A DNA stretch of 64,000 bases from positions 14,446,001-14,510,000 of the forward strand of contig OU015567.1 in NCBI GenBank assembly GCA_907165135.1, in the 5' to 3' direction. The DNA is from Oikopleura dioica (taxonomy: Eukaryota > Animalia > Chordata). A model generated the notes under the pieces. The model was not told the origin of the DNA and ran no database searches. It saw nothing but the letters and a program-made list of their open reading frames with translations. The position numbers and the translations under genes are program-made. This document shows, piece after piece, positions 49,183-63,132 of the stretch. The stretch's first letter is position 1. Every line of letters starts with the position of its first letter.

Positions 49183-50463
49183 TCAGTTTGCGCAAGCTCG
49201 AATAGCTTTCTCATCGTCGTCAAGCCACTGTAAGACTTGTGGAGTAAAATAAGAAAGAATCATTTCTGCGCCAGCTCTTCTACACGCCGTTAGACTTTCG
49301 AGCACTCCCTTCTTCAAATCAATCGCTCCAGCTTTGGCGCCGTGGACGAGTAGCGCGTACTCGCCAGACACCTGATAAGCAGCCACTGGAAAATTCGGAA
49401 ACTCTTGCTTCGTTCGGTAGATAATATCTTTTATCGGTTTTCATGATTTACAAATTGGATATTTAATTTATAGCGAGAACAGTCCCTAGATAGGCACCGG
49501 CCGGTTTTACCATTAAAATATCTGCACCTTCGTTCGCATCTCTATCGTTGCATCTCATCGCCAAACTTGATGCTCCTGGTGGAAGCTGAAAAATAAAGTA
49601 GAAAATTAGCTAATGTGAATGCTAACCTGATAATTTCTTCTATCGCCAAATTTAGGAGCAGAACCAGCTGCTTCTCTGAAAGGCCCATAAAATGCTTCAC
49701 CCGAGTTATTATCAATTCCGCTCTATTTTCAAAGCTTACTCTTTAGTTATTCGATATTTAACCCGCAACAGAACAAAATTTAGCCGAGTAGGACATCACG
49801 GCAACTCGTGAGCCAAGCTTGAGTTCCCGAAGTCTGCTTTTGATCGCTCCTATCCTTCCATCCATCATATCCGAAGGAGCCACGCAGTCAGCACCTGCGA
49901 GTCCATAATTGCCTGCGATCTCGGCTAGTCTATCGATGGACTTCTGGTTGTTCATGCGATCATCTTCGAAAATCCCACAGTGCCCGGTTTCGGAGAAGGG
50001 ACAAATACAAACGTCAGCCGCGACCCACAGCTATCATTACTGTAATTTACAATTATAATGCATAGATAATGGGCGTTTATATGAATAATAACTAAAAACT
50101 GACCTGTGGATATTTTGACTTGATCAATTTAATAGCTTCAATGGTAGGGCCCGTCTCGCAATCTGCGCTAGATCCGACAGCATCTTTAGTCGATTTGACA
50201 TCTACGCCAAAAATGATAACTGAGCGAAGACCTTTGGCGACTTGTTGGGAAAGGAAGGGAATGAGATTGTTGATTCCATAGCGACTCACTCCGGGCAGCG
50301 CATTTATCGGTTCCAGGGCGTCAGGGGAGCTATTCGTTACGAAAAGCGGCAGCATAAGATTTACAGGCGAGATTTTGGAGTCAAATGCAGCGAGCTCTCG
50401 CAAAACTCCATGGCCATATGAAGAATGCAGAATGTGTCCGACTGGTGGCTCGTAACCGCTCAT
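49183..50463 (-). CDS. ALAD: ALAD copy 3
   Basis: Near-identical to 7158-8438. Confidence 0.95.
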
Positions 50464-50502
50464 TCTGAAAAAAAATCCGTCAAGGAGAAGTAGACTCATG
50501 AA

Positions 50503-52699
50503 CTAGAATAGATTCAAAAGGTCAGTCGCAGCAAGTGAAAGGCGTGGGCAATCAAGCGATTGGCATTCTTCTAGCCACATTTTCCAAGTGATGTCCATCC
50601 AGATTTCTTGTTTAGTTGAAGCGATGCTCAGCAGACAAACTTGGTAAGATTTGATTATTACAAGTTTCAAATTCGTGTCATCTAAAGATAGAGTTTTATA
50701 AGAAAAGCGCTGACAAATTACCAATTCTTCTAAAAGTCGCGAGAAAATCTATGGAAGGAAGGACGTATTTCTCGATTTCGGGAATATTATCCAAGAGAGA
50801 AATGATCTGGCCGACGAATGCAATCATTCTTGACAAGACGTCTTTATCGCACGTCTCCAACATCAACGTTCGTTTATTCGAATCCCAGCTGCGCAAGAAA
50901 GGAAAAAGAAAATATCCAGCGGCAGGATAAAACCGAGACTTGAGCATCTTCTCGCTTTTTGGGCGGCTTCCCCAGCGCCGTGATTGTGATTCAACTTTTG
51001 CGGAAAGCGCTAATTTTTCAAAGGCGATCTCTTCTTCAAGTTCTTCGAAGGGATTGTCCGCCAATTGCTTTACGGCCTTCGATAGAGAGGCAAGAATGAT
51101 CTGCCGTTTTTCTAGAGGCATTGACTCGGCATAAAATTCACCTAAAAATTAGAAAATGTTCGTACCAAAAACTATTATTACCAACAATCGCAGGAGCATA
51201 AAATTCCGGAGCCACAACTGCCAACGATTCTAGAGCATCACCCACGAGAGCAGCATCATTATCGTTAACAATTTCAAAATAAACGATCCCTTTCAAAATC
51301 TCTTCCACAAGCTCCTTCGAAGAAACCTGATTGACCTTTGCTAAATACGGAATTGTTTCCAGCGCGGCGAGTTTGCGTTTAGTCTTCTCCGTTTTTGACA
51401 TTGATTGGGGTAGATTTCTCTCGACCAAAATTCCACTGGCTTCCATAAGAAAGCGGGGACTGTATTTTGAAAGGTTCGGCGTTTCGAATTCGAATTGTTC
51501 GAATTCCAAGTCGTCGGAATCAAGACTTTCTCGATCATCATCATCATCATCATCGTCACAGTTTCCAGCATTGATTCTTTCATCTTCGACTTTTTGTTGG
51601 TTACCGTTCAAGAATTCGATTGTTCGCTCTCTGCTATCTTCGTGAACTTTATTTTGATCCGCTTGAAGGTCTTTATTCGTGATTGGAAAGTCAAGTTTGG
51701 CCTCTGAATCAAATACTGAGATGATCTTCTTGGCAGAAAGCATTCCAATATCTCGATTGTCGGACGCCGACTGAGCAAAGTGGTTTTGAAGCCCAAAGAA
51801 ACAGTGTTGATAATCTCCAATCGCATTTCATCCGGACATTTAGGAAGATAGTCGACTGAGAAGGCAATGATTTTCGAAACTTGGATTCTTTGATCGACAG
51901 AAACCTTGATAACAATGTTTTCGTCCGCCCAGTAGTCAACTAAATGTTTCCATGTCTCCAGACCTGCGATAGCAACAATTCGTCCCATGTGAAACTGGCC
52001 ATTTTGATTGAGTAATCGACCGGTGCATATTCGAAGCAAGTTGAAGTTTTTAGCGAGAAATATGTCGACAAGAGGAAATACCAATGTTTGAAATGAAAAA
52101 GGCGGACAGTAGTTTATGAATGATTCAAGGAAGTTTCTTCTCGCGCGAAAACGGAGATTTTTGGCAACGTCTTTCGCTAATTCAGCTTCGTCTATCACTA
52201 TCTGAGCAAACTCGTGCAGAAATAGGGCTGATTCTTTCGATTGTGACACATTCGCGAACGTGAGATCAAGTAACGCACAAGTCTTCTTGACATCTCTCTG
52301 GCGTAAAAGGCAACAAGCGAGATTCTCCAAATTTTGCATAAAATTTTGATGCTTCAAATTCGTCGGTAAAGCTCCTTTATTTACATTTGCAAAGCGAGTT
52401 GGTAGATTCCAGATAAAATTGAGGAAATCAACGAAGACTTTCTGCTCCACGCTACTTAGAGCTATTCTTTCAAGGACTTCGTATGATGAGCAGAAGCCAA
52501 CGAAGTCGGATAAAACTGGAAAGATCAATGTCGAGTCGGCAAGAATATTCTTCAGAGAGCAAATGACTTGGATCATTTTCGCAGGAGAGGATGAAATAAG
52601 ATCAGCGCAAAGTTTTTCCAGCGCGTCAGAGTCTGAGCTTTTCCCATTCTTTTTTAATTCCAAAAAATGTTCCGGAAGTTTTGTCAAAACATCCAACAT
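50503..52699 (-). CDS. TELO2: TELO2 copy (one homopolymer frameshift near 51785, probably consensus error)
   Basis: Near-identical to 29504-31701. Confidence 0.8.
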
Positions 52700-52784
52700 T
52701 CTTATATTGGGCATTATAAATTTAAGAAATAAATTATTAAAAGTAAAGATTGTTAAGAAAATAAGAAAGAAAGTTTTGTTTTTA

Positions 52785-54297
52785 TCAAGAACTGTGGCGG
52801 AGTGCAATGAATGATTTGAAATCAGCTTTTGAAAAGCTCAATTTAGACATATTTTTCCATAGAGGTTCCTCGAGCTCTGGAATTTCGAAAGGTAGAGAAG
52901 CGCTGAGTAGATTAGATGGAGAGTGTGACCCTTCCTCACTCGTGTCGAAGACAAGATCGAAGGATTCCGTACTAAAATGACTATTTCTTATTGTTCCTTG
53001 TCAAGGGAACTTACCAGTCTACTGTAAGATCACAGTACGCATCCAAGACGGCTGAGTCTAGCGAACACGAGCTTCGACCAAGTTGCTCCAATAAGAGCAC
53101 TAGTTCTTGATTTTTCGGCGTGTTAACCATTCTCAGATAATACAGGACTCGTTCGAGGATAACCCTTTCCGGCTTCAGCATGTAATATTTTGATGCCTCT
53201 AAGAATGATTAAAGCAGCTCGAATTTTCGATAAAATATACCTAGTAAAAAGATCCGAGTATTTCTGGAAAGAGTCCAAACATTATCTGACATTTCTGCTA
53301 AAATACCAATCACATTCAGCTCTGCCGAATGAGTGCGATGGAGAATTTGAAACACCGGAATAATTATGTTCTCGTCTATGTCTTCAAGGACAACTCGCAT
53401 GGATTTCTCCAACACTCTTTGGGTTATCAGTTTCATGAATGTTTCAGGGTCCCATGTTTTGAATTGGTCCAGGAAAAATGATTGAATAGTTGATTTACAA
53501 GTAGTTTGACAGTTGATAATTTCTTCGTCAACGAGAATATCACTGTCTTCTCCTGATTTATTGAATAATTCATCAGAAGTAATTGGCAGATAGGCCTCTT
53601 CCTCTGGTAACCGGGTTTTCTTAAAATCAGGAGACAAAGCAGCTATTTCTTCGGTAGGGCCGAATTGAAGCATTAGTTTTATATACAAACGATAAATTTT
53701 TGAACGCAAGTTTTCAGTTTGATTGGTGATTTTTAGCCGTTGAAGAAGATGAAGATGCTGTGCGCCAAGATGAATAGCTAGTTGAAGGTCTTTTGAAGAT
53801 TTGAAGAGCGATTTCTGCTGGAGATACTTTGTAGAAGATACTGGAAGATGTAACTGAAGGAGTCGCAAAAAGTGCTCAAATATATTTCCAAATGCGCGAG
53901 ACATGAATCTTTCGTCAAAGTAGCCCGAAGAGATGCCAGCTTTCTCCAGTAGAGACGTATCATCGGTGTTGCAGCGTCCCGCTCCATCGGCCTCTTCGGG
54001 AATTCTATGTCCAGACTTTCCTGGCAGTTGAAAATCATCAGAATTGAAGATAAACAAGACTTTTGCAAATAAGCTTCAACAAGAGATAATGAAGATTTGA
54101 GCTGATCATGTACGTCTCGAATCCAGGAGGGGAGGATCTTTGAGAGCTCTTCAAGTTTCTTGATCACTAGTCTCAAACTATTCGACAGAATGACCATATT
54201 TTTGGTCGTCGTCAAAGGTAGAACTTCTTTTATCATCCACGAAATACGCTTGCTCGCTTGAATATATTTAAAATCTTAAAAGACTGACTCTTCACCT
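52785..54297 (-). pseudogene. KIAA0825-like 3' portion joined to the KCNH leader
   Basis: Junction ttcacct|ttctctgcctaag at 54297/54298. Confidence 0.55.
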
Positions 54298-56600
54298 TTC
54301 TCTGCCTAAGAAAAATTTTAACCCAATGAAAAATTTCTGCCAATTTTTTGGCCAAACTCTCAAGAAGGCATGGATACAGCCAAAATGCCCTAGAAAACGA
54401 TATTTACTGTGTTAACCTTCTGCACACTTGGGAAATTGGAAGCACAGCCGTGAGGCCATTCTATTTTGATTTTTCTTTTTCAGTCGGCGGTGGGTACTCT
54501 CTTCAAAATTAATCAAAACTCTTCGCGTGGAACACGTGCAGCTGATTTATTCAAAACCTGACAGAATAATAAATTCCGTAAACTACCCCAAAAATAAAAC
54601 ACTTAATACTTAGTTCTTCCAGTGCTCGGATTCACAAGCCTGTCTACTATTTACAGGAGACTGCTAAATTTGATAAAAATCGAACTCATTTGCTCTTATA
54701 AGTCCAGACAGCTGTTTTGAGAGGTAACTTATTTTCTCTTGAAAAAAGAAGAAAAAATTAGCTTTTGAAAAAGGATGGCGAAAAGGATGGACTGGCAGTC
54801 AGCAATCAAAGTGAATGGATAAAGAGATTCTTAATTGTGAAAAGAAATCGGCCAGCATTTTAATAGACTATTCACGAGTTCCACTTTGCACATTTAAAGA
54901 GATCCTCGCGCGACGGGAAGCTTCCGCTCCTTTCAGAAGCGATTCTCTGGGGATGAACACTCAAATTCAATGCCTCGCGAAGCGAACTTCGCGGTACTTT
55001 TTTAAAAGAATATTTTTATTTTCGCTGAAATTTTGATATCTTTTGAAAAATCTTTCCTTGGAAAACAAAAATTTCTCAACTTTTGAACCAACTGATGGAT
55101 CATTTTTCTTAAATTTCTCTCTGAAAATTATTCTCAAAAAGTCGAAAAAATTTGAAGCATATTTTCAGATCAGACCTGGCTTGCTTAAAATATCCCGGTA
55201 GCCGAATCGGCGGATCATTCCCAAGTTCGTTAAACGCATCATTAAACCGCATTAACTGTACTTCCAATTTCGCCCGTGGATGACTTACTCTTTTATAATT
55301 TCGCTTCCATGGGTTCTTTCAATTTTCAATTTGCAAGTTCTCGTTTTCAAGTTCACATTTGGCGCTGCGTTTTGTCTTCCTTTGCTGGCTATTAAAATTC
55401 AGCAGCGAAAAAACGCGAGCCAGAGGAAGATCCAAAGGATGGCGCTAGATGCGCCCAAATAATGCCTCTTTGGCAATTACGATCCTCCTCCCCATATCCG
55501 ATAAAAATCGCGCCTCTGGGAATCGAACTGCTCGAATGATGATTTATTCTGCTTTTGCAGCCACTGCTGGAGAAAGTTACTGCAGCAATGAAAATTTAAT
55601 TTTGAATTGTAACTAATTTCAAGTCTAAGTTGAAAGCAGACATGCGGGAATAATATTTTGAAGGGTAGATTAAGGTCGGGAAAAGAAAGACGTCGCTTTT
55701 TATGGCAGGAAAATTACTGTATTTCGCGAGAATACAGTCGTCAGTCGATAGACATTTTCAACGATTTGGTCGGCAAGAATACTCGATCTTTTTTGCTTGA
55801 TATTGGACGTACGAATCTGGGGAATTCAGTAACTACAGTATTTTTCACTGAAATGGGATGAGATGAACAAGCATGAGAATCCGGACAATCCGCTATTTCT
55901 TTTTGCCAAATTCCGGATGATCCCGCCACGTTCATGTCCTCCTTCTTCTTTTCATTTTTTCGAAAATCCTGAATACAGAAACAAGATCCCGATTTTCATA
56001 ATCATCGATAATCCCCTTTCAACGAGTTCAGATTTGAACGACGAAAGCCCACTATTTGACAGCCGACCGCATTTTTGAAAGCCTTTCGGATCATTCTGGA
56101 ATAAGTTAGTGCCTTTGACAATGTAAAATCTGAACTTTCCATAGGATTCGTCTGACTTCCAGCCAAAAGAAGAAGAATTCGCCATGACTCTTACCATCAA
56201 CACTTGCAATCAAGGGGAAATCGAGGCGATGGAAGATTCCCTGTGAAAGGTAATCGGAATTAAATTAATCCCATTTGGCTAGAGGTGGCTTCTGAAATTG
56301 AGGCTGCGGCAGGTATCTAATTGCGGCGGCGGCTGTTTATTTATAATCGAATATTCATCCCAGCAAAGTCTTTCTCGAGTTAACACAAATAAACCTGCCA
56401 CTGTTTATATGCACGGACAGACTGCAAGCGAACATTCTCTGTTGCTATCTGACAAGAAAACAAGTGCTATTTTGAATTTGCATCGATGATGTTCTCAGGT
56501 GAACTCAGAATTCATCTGTTCTCGAAGGTTCGCAAATGAAGCTTTTTATTAAGAGCGAAAAGATTTATTGAACAGAAAAGTTGAATCAGGAATCAAATCA
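54298..56600 (-). other. KCNH 5' leader plus segment U, transposon-free diverged copy
   Basis: Homologous to about 1927-4250; KCNH is absent from the ATG onward. Confidence 0.8.
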
Positions 56601-56644
56601 ATTGAAGAACTGCGAAATAAAGAAGCAAAGGAGTTGAATAACAA

Positions 56645-57709
56645 TCACTCAAGCTCAGATAGACGGAAGTACGATTTCTGAGTTCCCTTGAAAATAATAA
56701 CAAACGATCTTGGTGAAGTTATTTTATACCTTTCTTGTTGTAGAGCGGGAAGCAACCATAGACGCAAATTTGGCATGTTCGATCGTCGTTTTCTGCGTCT
56801 TGGTAAGCGAGTAAGAAAAGGCGCCAACGAAGGAGTCTCCAGCGCCGGTCGTGTCGACCACGTCTACTTTTTCAACAACTGGGTGCAATGTCAGCTCTCC
56901 TTCGCCTAAAAATTCATTATTTTTAAAGCAACAATCAAAATCTAGATTCTAGACACTGACTTTTGACGGCAAATCCGTCTCCACCGAGAGTGACGATTAC
57001 ACTTTTGATTTTGTATTTCTCCTGGAGAGTTGTTGCCGCTTCCTGAATAGTTTCTTTTCCACTGAGTTCCAGAGCTTCTGTCTGATTCGCGATGAGATAG
57101 TTGATCTGTTCAGAGAACGTCTCAAAGTCTTCCCTGCTCGGGCAAGGCGCGGGCGAGTAGATTGTCTTTGCTCCAGCTGCTCTTCCAAGTTGTAGAGCTC
57201 TTTTGGTCGTACTCACTGGAATCTCGTTTTGGCAAATGACGATTTTGGTGCCCTTGAAAGCTTCCTCATCTAAATCTTCTCCAGTAAAACGCATGTTTGC
57301 TCCAGGGACAACAACGATCGAGTTTTCGCCGTTTTCCATCGAAACTGTTATCGGAGCAACGCCAGTCGAGCAATCAGCTTTTGTTATTATTTTCGAGCAG
57401 TCCGTTCCGGTTTTAGCGAGCTCTTCAACATACCACGATCCATTTTGATCATCTCCTACTGCACCTAACAGTCCGACTTTTCCTTCGCCAGATAGAAGAG
57501 CTCCGCTGGAATCATAAAAAATATTCACCCTTATTTTATGTGAGTTATTCTGACTCAATTCCTGCCTGGACCGCTTGATTCGCTCCTTTACCGCCCAGAC
57601 CAGTCTCGTATCGTTCGCCTAGAAGGGTTTCTCCTGGTCCTGGCAGCCGAGAACAGTAAGCGATTTGATCAACATTCAAACTGCCGGCAACGAGGATGTC
57701 CCAGACCAT
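56645..57709 (-). CDS. RBKS: Ribokinase, diverged copy
   Basis: Same motifs. The 7-nt insertion near 56945 lies inside a GT-AG intron (48 nt in other copies). Confidence 0.92.
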
Positions 57710-57741
57710 TCTGAATTGAAAACATAGAAGACTCAGGTCAA

Positions 57742-58678
57742 TTACTTAGAGACTTTAAAACGAGTCCAAGAAAGAAGCTCCGCATTTTGCTCGGCGAGTA
57801 CATTGAAAACAATAGATTGGCCGCCATTGAGTGGCTGATAGAGAAGACGGTTCTCGTCGGCAGCAAGATCGTCAATGAACAAAGGGCCTTCAGGAATATC
57901 TCCAGTGACGTCTGGAAGCTCTAACACGCAGTGCGCGGCTAGATCAGCACTCAACTCCGAGCTACCGCCAGAAAGACTAAAATCAAAGATAAATAAATGA
58001 AATTTTATAAAGTAATACCTGACAAGCGAGCCATAAGTGCCATTATTTGGATATTCTTTGTTGAAATTTCTAACGTAAAATCCTAAATTTGGACCCGCAA
58101 CAACCTAAAAATATTCATAAAATATCCATATACTATTTTCTTTACAGCCTCTGTTCCTTCCGGTTTACCTTTCCCGATTTAATTTGAATATTTTCTTTCA
58201 AAAGTCCAATAGCTTGCGCAAGTGAATCCTTGACGCCATCTAACTCGACGATTGCCTCGCCGGTGAAGTCTCCAGCTTCTTTGGCAAGGAGAGTGCTAGT
58301 GACAGTGTTGACCAGCTTGTTGAATTCGGGCGTCTTCGACACAGGCTCCGATTCACAATTGATGATCACCATCGCACCCTTATTTCCTTCTGTAGCCACT
58401 CCAACACATCCTTCTGGAGTCTTTCGCGAAGCTAAGAATATTCGAGTTCGGCTTCCGTTTCAATATTCACCAAGAGATTCCATCTTCTTCATTCCCAAAG
58501 CCTTCGCTTCCTTTTCCAGATGAATGACCGCCTCTTCGAAATTCCAATTTGTCGCCTGCAGAGCTGATCGACAAGTTCCAAGAGGAAGCTGGGACTCTTG
58601 ACGGAGGCGCATGATCAATTTTTTCGTATCGACGGCAGCCGTGCGTCGGATAAAAAGGGAGCCGCAATAACGAAGCAT
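57742..58678 (-). CDS. TSFM: Mitochondrial EF-Ts, diverged copy
   Basis: Exon peptides match 5391-6308; introns differ. Confidence 0.88.
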
Positions 58679-58716
58679 TCTGAAATGGTCATTTTTAACA
58701 TTTTATCGAACCAATT

Positions 58717-59460
58717 TTATTGTTCTTCTTCTAAATGCTTGGCATTATTAACTGCAATTGCTTGCCCTTCCCAAGCTCTCATTCTCCCGTATCTCTTCGA
58801 TTCGATCCAACCAGAGGTCTTTTTGATGACAATATGATGGAATGCCGTATTCTTCATTGTCTCCTTAGCTTCTGCTTTGAACTCGCCAAAGTCGAAGTTC
58901 TTGAGTCCAAGAAAATGTCTGAAGAGCATTTTCAACAAGAAACCGTGCGCGAAAATCAGTATTGTCTTGTCAACTTTGGCCTCTTCGATAAGCGACCGGA
59001 GAAAATTCACAGCCCTGTATTTGACATCCGCGTCTGCCTCCATTTCCGGGCTGTTCCAGTCGACTTCGCTTCTCAACTTGCCCTCGAGTTTGCCCATTCC
59101 CTTTTCTTTGAGCAAGTCGTCGCAGATTATGCGTTCTTCCCCGATGTCATTCGTAGCGATTTTGGCTGTTTCAAGAGCGCGAGAAAGGGGAGAGGAGTAA
59201 ACGAGATCAGCCTTGGGAAGAACTTTCGCCTCGGCCAAGCGCTTTGCTCATTTGCAGATCAGAAATAAACTGAAAATAAACTTGGCGTTCATGAGTGGAA
59301 GCATTTTCTTGATCTCTGCCGATTTCGCTCAAAGGAATATCGAGCTAAAAATCTTTACTTGCAGAAATGATTTTTGCGCTTTTACCTGCCCTTGCAAAAT
59401 GCCAGCTTTATTGTACGATGTTTCGCCGTGCCGGATCAAGTACAAATTTAGGACAACCAT
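58717..59460 (-). CDS. TIGAR-like phosphatase, full-length diverged copy
   Basis: RHG motif; few amino-acid changes and many synonymous changes vs 6347-7091. Confidence 0.88.
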
Positions 59461-59526
59461 TCTAGGGGACATTACAGTGGTGAGTTTTGTATTTGAAGGA
59501 CAACTTGAACTGTATTTACAATTAAC

Positions 59527-60807
59527 TCAGTTTGCGCAAGCTCGAATAGCTTTCTCATCGTCGTCAAGCCACTGTAAGACTTGTGGAGTAAAATAAGAAA
59601 GAATCATTTCTGCGCCAGCTCTTCTACACGCCGTTAGACTTTCGAGCACTCCCTTCTTCAAATCAATCGCTCCAGCTTTGGCACCGTGGACGAGTAGCGC
59701 GTACTCCCCAGACACCTGATAAGCAGCCACTGGAAAATTCGGAAACTCTTGCTTCGTTCGGTAAATAATATCTTTTATCGGTTTTCCATGATTTTCAAAT
59801 TAGATATTTAATTTATAGCGAAAACAGTCCCTAGATAGGCACCGGCCGGTTTTACCATTAAAATATCTGCACCTTCGTTCGCATCTCTATCGTTGCATCT
59901 CATCGCCAAACTTGATGCTCCTGGTGGAAGCTGAAAAATAAAATAGAAAATTGTCTGATGTGAATGCTAACCTGATAATTTCTTCTATCGCCAAATTTAG
60001 GGGCAGAACCAGCTGCTTCTCTGAAAGGCCCATAAAATGCTTCACCCGAGTTATTATCAATTCCGCTCTATTTTCAAAGCTTACTCTTTAGTTATTCGAT
60101 ATTTAACCCGTAACAGAACAAAATTTAGCCGAGTAGGACATCACGGCAACTCGTGAGCCAAGCTTGAGTTCCCGAAGTCTGCTTTTGATCGCTCCTATCC
60201 TTCCATCCATCATATCCGAAGGAGCCACGCAGTCAGCACCTGCGAGTCCATAATTGCCTGCGATCTCGGCTAGTCTATCGATGGACTTCTGGTTGTTCAT
60301 GTGATCATCTTCGAAAATCCCACAGTGCCCGGTTTCGGAGAAGGGACAAATACAAACGTCAGCCGCGACCCACAGCTATCATTACTGTAATTTACAATTA
60401 TAATGCATAGATAATGGGCGTTTATATGAATAATAACTGAAAACTGACCTGTGGATATTTTGACTTGATCAATTTAATAGCTTCAATGGTAGGGCCCGTC
60501 TCGCAATCTGCGCTAGATCCGACAGCATCTTTAGTCGATTTGACATCTACGCCAAAAATGATAACTGAGCGAAGACCTTTGGCGACTTGTTGGGAAAGGA
60601 AGGGAATGAGGTTGTTGATTCCATAGCGACTCACTCCGGGCAGCGCATTTATCGGCTCCAGGGCATCGGGGAGCTATTTGTTACGAAAAGCGGCAGCATA
60701 AGATTTACAGGCGATATTTTAGAGTCGAATGCAGCGAGTTCTCGCAGAACCCCATGGCCATATGAAGAATGCAGAATGTGTCCGACTGGTGGCTCGTAAC
60801 CGCTCAT
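59527..60807 (-). CDS. ALAD: ALAD copy 4 (diverged)
   Basis: Same motifs; 1-nt G-run deletion near 60670 is probably consensus error. Confidence 0.9.
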
Positions 60808-60846
60808 TCTGAAAAATAATCCGTCAAGGACAAGTAGACTCATGAA

Positions 60847-63043
60847 TTAGAATAGATTCAAGAGGTCAGTGGCAGCAAGTGAAAGACGTGGGCAATCAAG
60901 CGATTGGCATTCTTCTAGCCACATTTTCCAAGTGATGTCCATCCAGATTTCTTGTTTAGTTGAAGCGATGCTCAGCAGACAAACTTGGTAAGATTTGATT
61001 ATTACAAGTTTCAAATTCGTGTCATCTAAAGATAGAGTTTTATAAGAAAAGCGCTGACAAATTACCAATTCTTCTAAAAGTCGCGAGAAAATCTATGGAA
61101 GGAAGGACGTATTTCTCGATTTCGGGAATATTATCCAAGAGAGAAATGATCTGGCCGACGAATGCAATCATTCTTGACAAGACGTCTTTATCGCACGTCT
61201 CCAACATCAACGTTCGTTTATTCGAATCCCAGCTGCGCAAGAAAGGAAAAAGAAAATATCCAGCGGCAGGATAAAACCGAGACTTGAGCATCTTCTCGCT
61301 TTTTGGGCGGCTTCCCCAGCGCCGTGATTGTGATTCAACTTTTGCGGAAAGCGCTAATTTTTCAAAGGCGATCTCTTCTTCAAGTTCTTCGAAGGGATTG
61401 TCCGCCAATTGCTTTACGGCCTTCGATAGAGAGGCAAGAATTATCTGCCGTTTTTCTAGAGACATTGACTCGGCATAAAATTCACCTAAAAATTAGAAAA
61501 TGTTCGTACCAAAAAACTATTATTACCAACAATCGCAGGAGCATAAAATTCCGGAGCCACAACTGCCAACGATTCTAGAGCATCACCCACGAGAGCAGCA
61601 TCATTATCGTTAACAATTTCAAAATAAACGATCCCTTTCAAAATCTCTTCCACAAGCTCCTTCGAAGAAACCTGATTGACCTTTGCTAAATACGGGATTG
61701 ATTCCAGCGCGGCGAGTTTGCGTTTAGTCTTCTCCGTTTCTGACATTGATTGGGGTAGATTTCTCTCGACCAAAATTCCACTGGCTTCCATAAGAAAGCG
61801 GGGACTGTATTTTGAAAGGTTCGGCGTTTCGAATTCGAATTGTTCGAATTCCAAGTCGTCGGAATCAAGACTTTCTCGATCATCATCATCATCATCATCG
61901 TCACAGTTTCCAGCATTGATTCTTTCATCTTCGACTTTTTGTTGGTTACCGTTCAAGAATTCGATTGTTCGCTCTCTGCTATCTTCGTGAACTTTATTTT
62001 GATCCGCTTGAAGGTCTTTATTCGTGATTGGAAAGTCAAGTTTGGCCTCTGAATCAAATACTGAGATGATCTTCTTGGCAGAAAGCATTCCAATATCTCG
62101 ATTGTCGGACGCCGACTGAGCAAAGTGGTTTTTGAAGCCCAAAGAAACAGTGTTGATAATCTCCAATCGCATTTCATCCGGACATTTAGGAAGATAGTCG
62201 ACTGAGAAGGCAATGATTTTCGAAACTTGGATTCTTTGATCGACAGAAACCTTGATAACAATGTTTTCGTCCGCCCAGTAGTCAACTAAATGTTTCCATG
62301 TCTCCAGACCTGCGATAGCAACAATCCGTCCCATGTGAAACTGGCCATTTTGATTGAGTAATCGACCGGTGCATATTCGAAGCAAGTTGAAGTTTTTAGC
62401 GAGAAATATGTCGACAAGAGGAAATACCAATGTTTGAAATGAAAAAGGCGGACAGTAGTTTATGAATGATTCAAGGAAGTTTCTTCTCGCGCGAAAACGG
62501 AGATTTTTGGCAACGTCTTTCGCTAATTCAGCTTCGTCTATCACTATCTGAGCAAACTCGTGCAGAAATAGGGCTGATTCTTTCGATTGTGACACATTCG
62601 CGAACGTGAGATCAAGTAACGCACAAGTCTTCTTGACATCTCTCTGGCGTAAAAGGCAACAAGCGAGATTCTCCAAATTTTGCATAAAATTTTGATGCTT
62701 CAAATTCGTCGGTAAAGCTCCTTTATTTACATTTGCAAAGCGAGTTGGTAGATTCCAGATAAAATTGAGGAAATCAACGAAGACTTTCTGCTGCACGCTA
62801 CTTAGAGCTATTCTTTCAAGGACTTCGTATGATGAGCAGAAGCCAACGAAGTCTGATAAAACTGGAGAGATCAATGCCGAGTCGGCAAGAATATTCTTCA
62901 GAGAGCAAATGACTTGGATCATTTTCGCAGGAGAGGATGAAATAAGATCAGAGCTCAATTTTGCCAACGCGTCAGAATCCGAGCTTTTCCCATTCTTTTA
63001 ATTCCAGAAAATGTTCCGGAAGTTTTGTCAAAGCATCCAACAT
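60847..63043 (-). CDS. TELO2: TELO2, diverged copy
   Basis: 493-aa exon ORF 61486-62967; first intron has a GC donor. Confidence 0.87.
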
Positions 63044-63132
63044 TCTAGTTTAAGGTATTCAAGTTTTATCAAATTAAGAAATGAATTATTAAAAGTAAAG
63101 ATTGTTAAGAAAATAAGAAAGTTTTGTTTTTA

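Larger units (their letters stand above)
6424..54297. repeat. About 21-kb tandem segmental duplication, about 2.3 units
   Basis: Homologous ORFs recur at +21024 and +21001 (e.g. 7158/28182/49183; 22028/43028). Units: 6424-27444, 27445-48445, 48446-54297. Confidence 0.92.

Noticed and set aside
56935-56960. 7-nt insertion truncating the right-hand RBKS (QCLESRF*)
   Set aside because: Lies inside a GT-AG intron.
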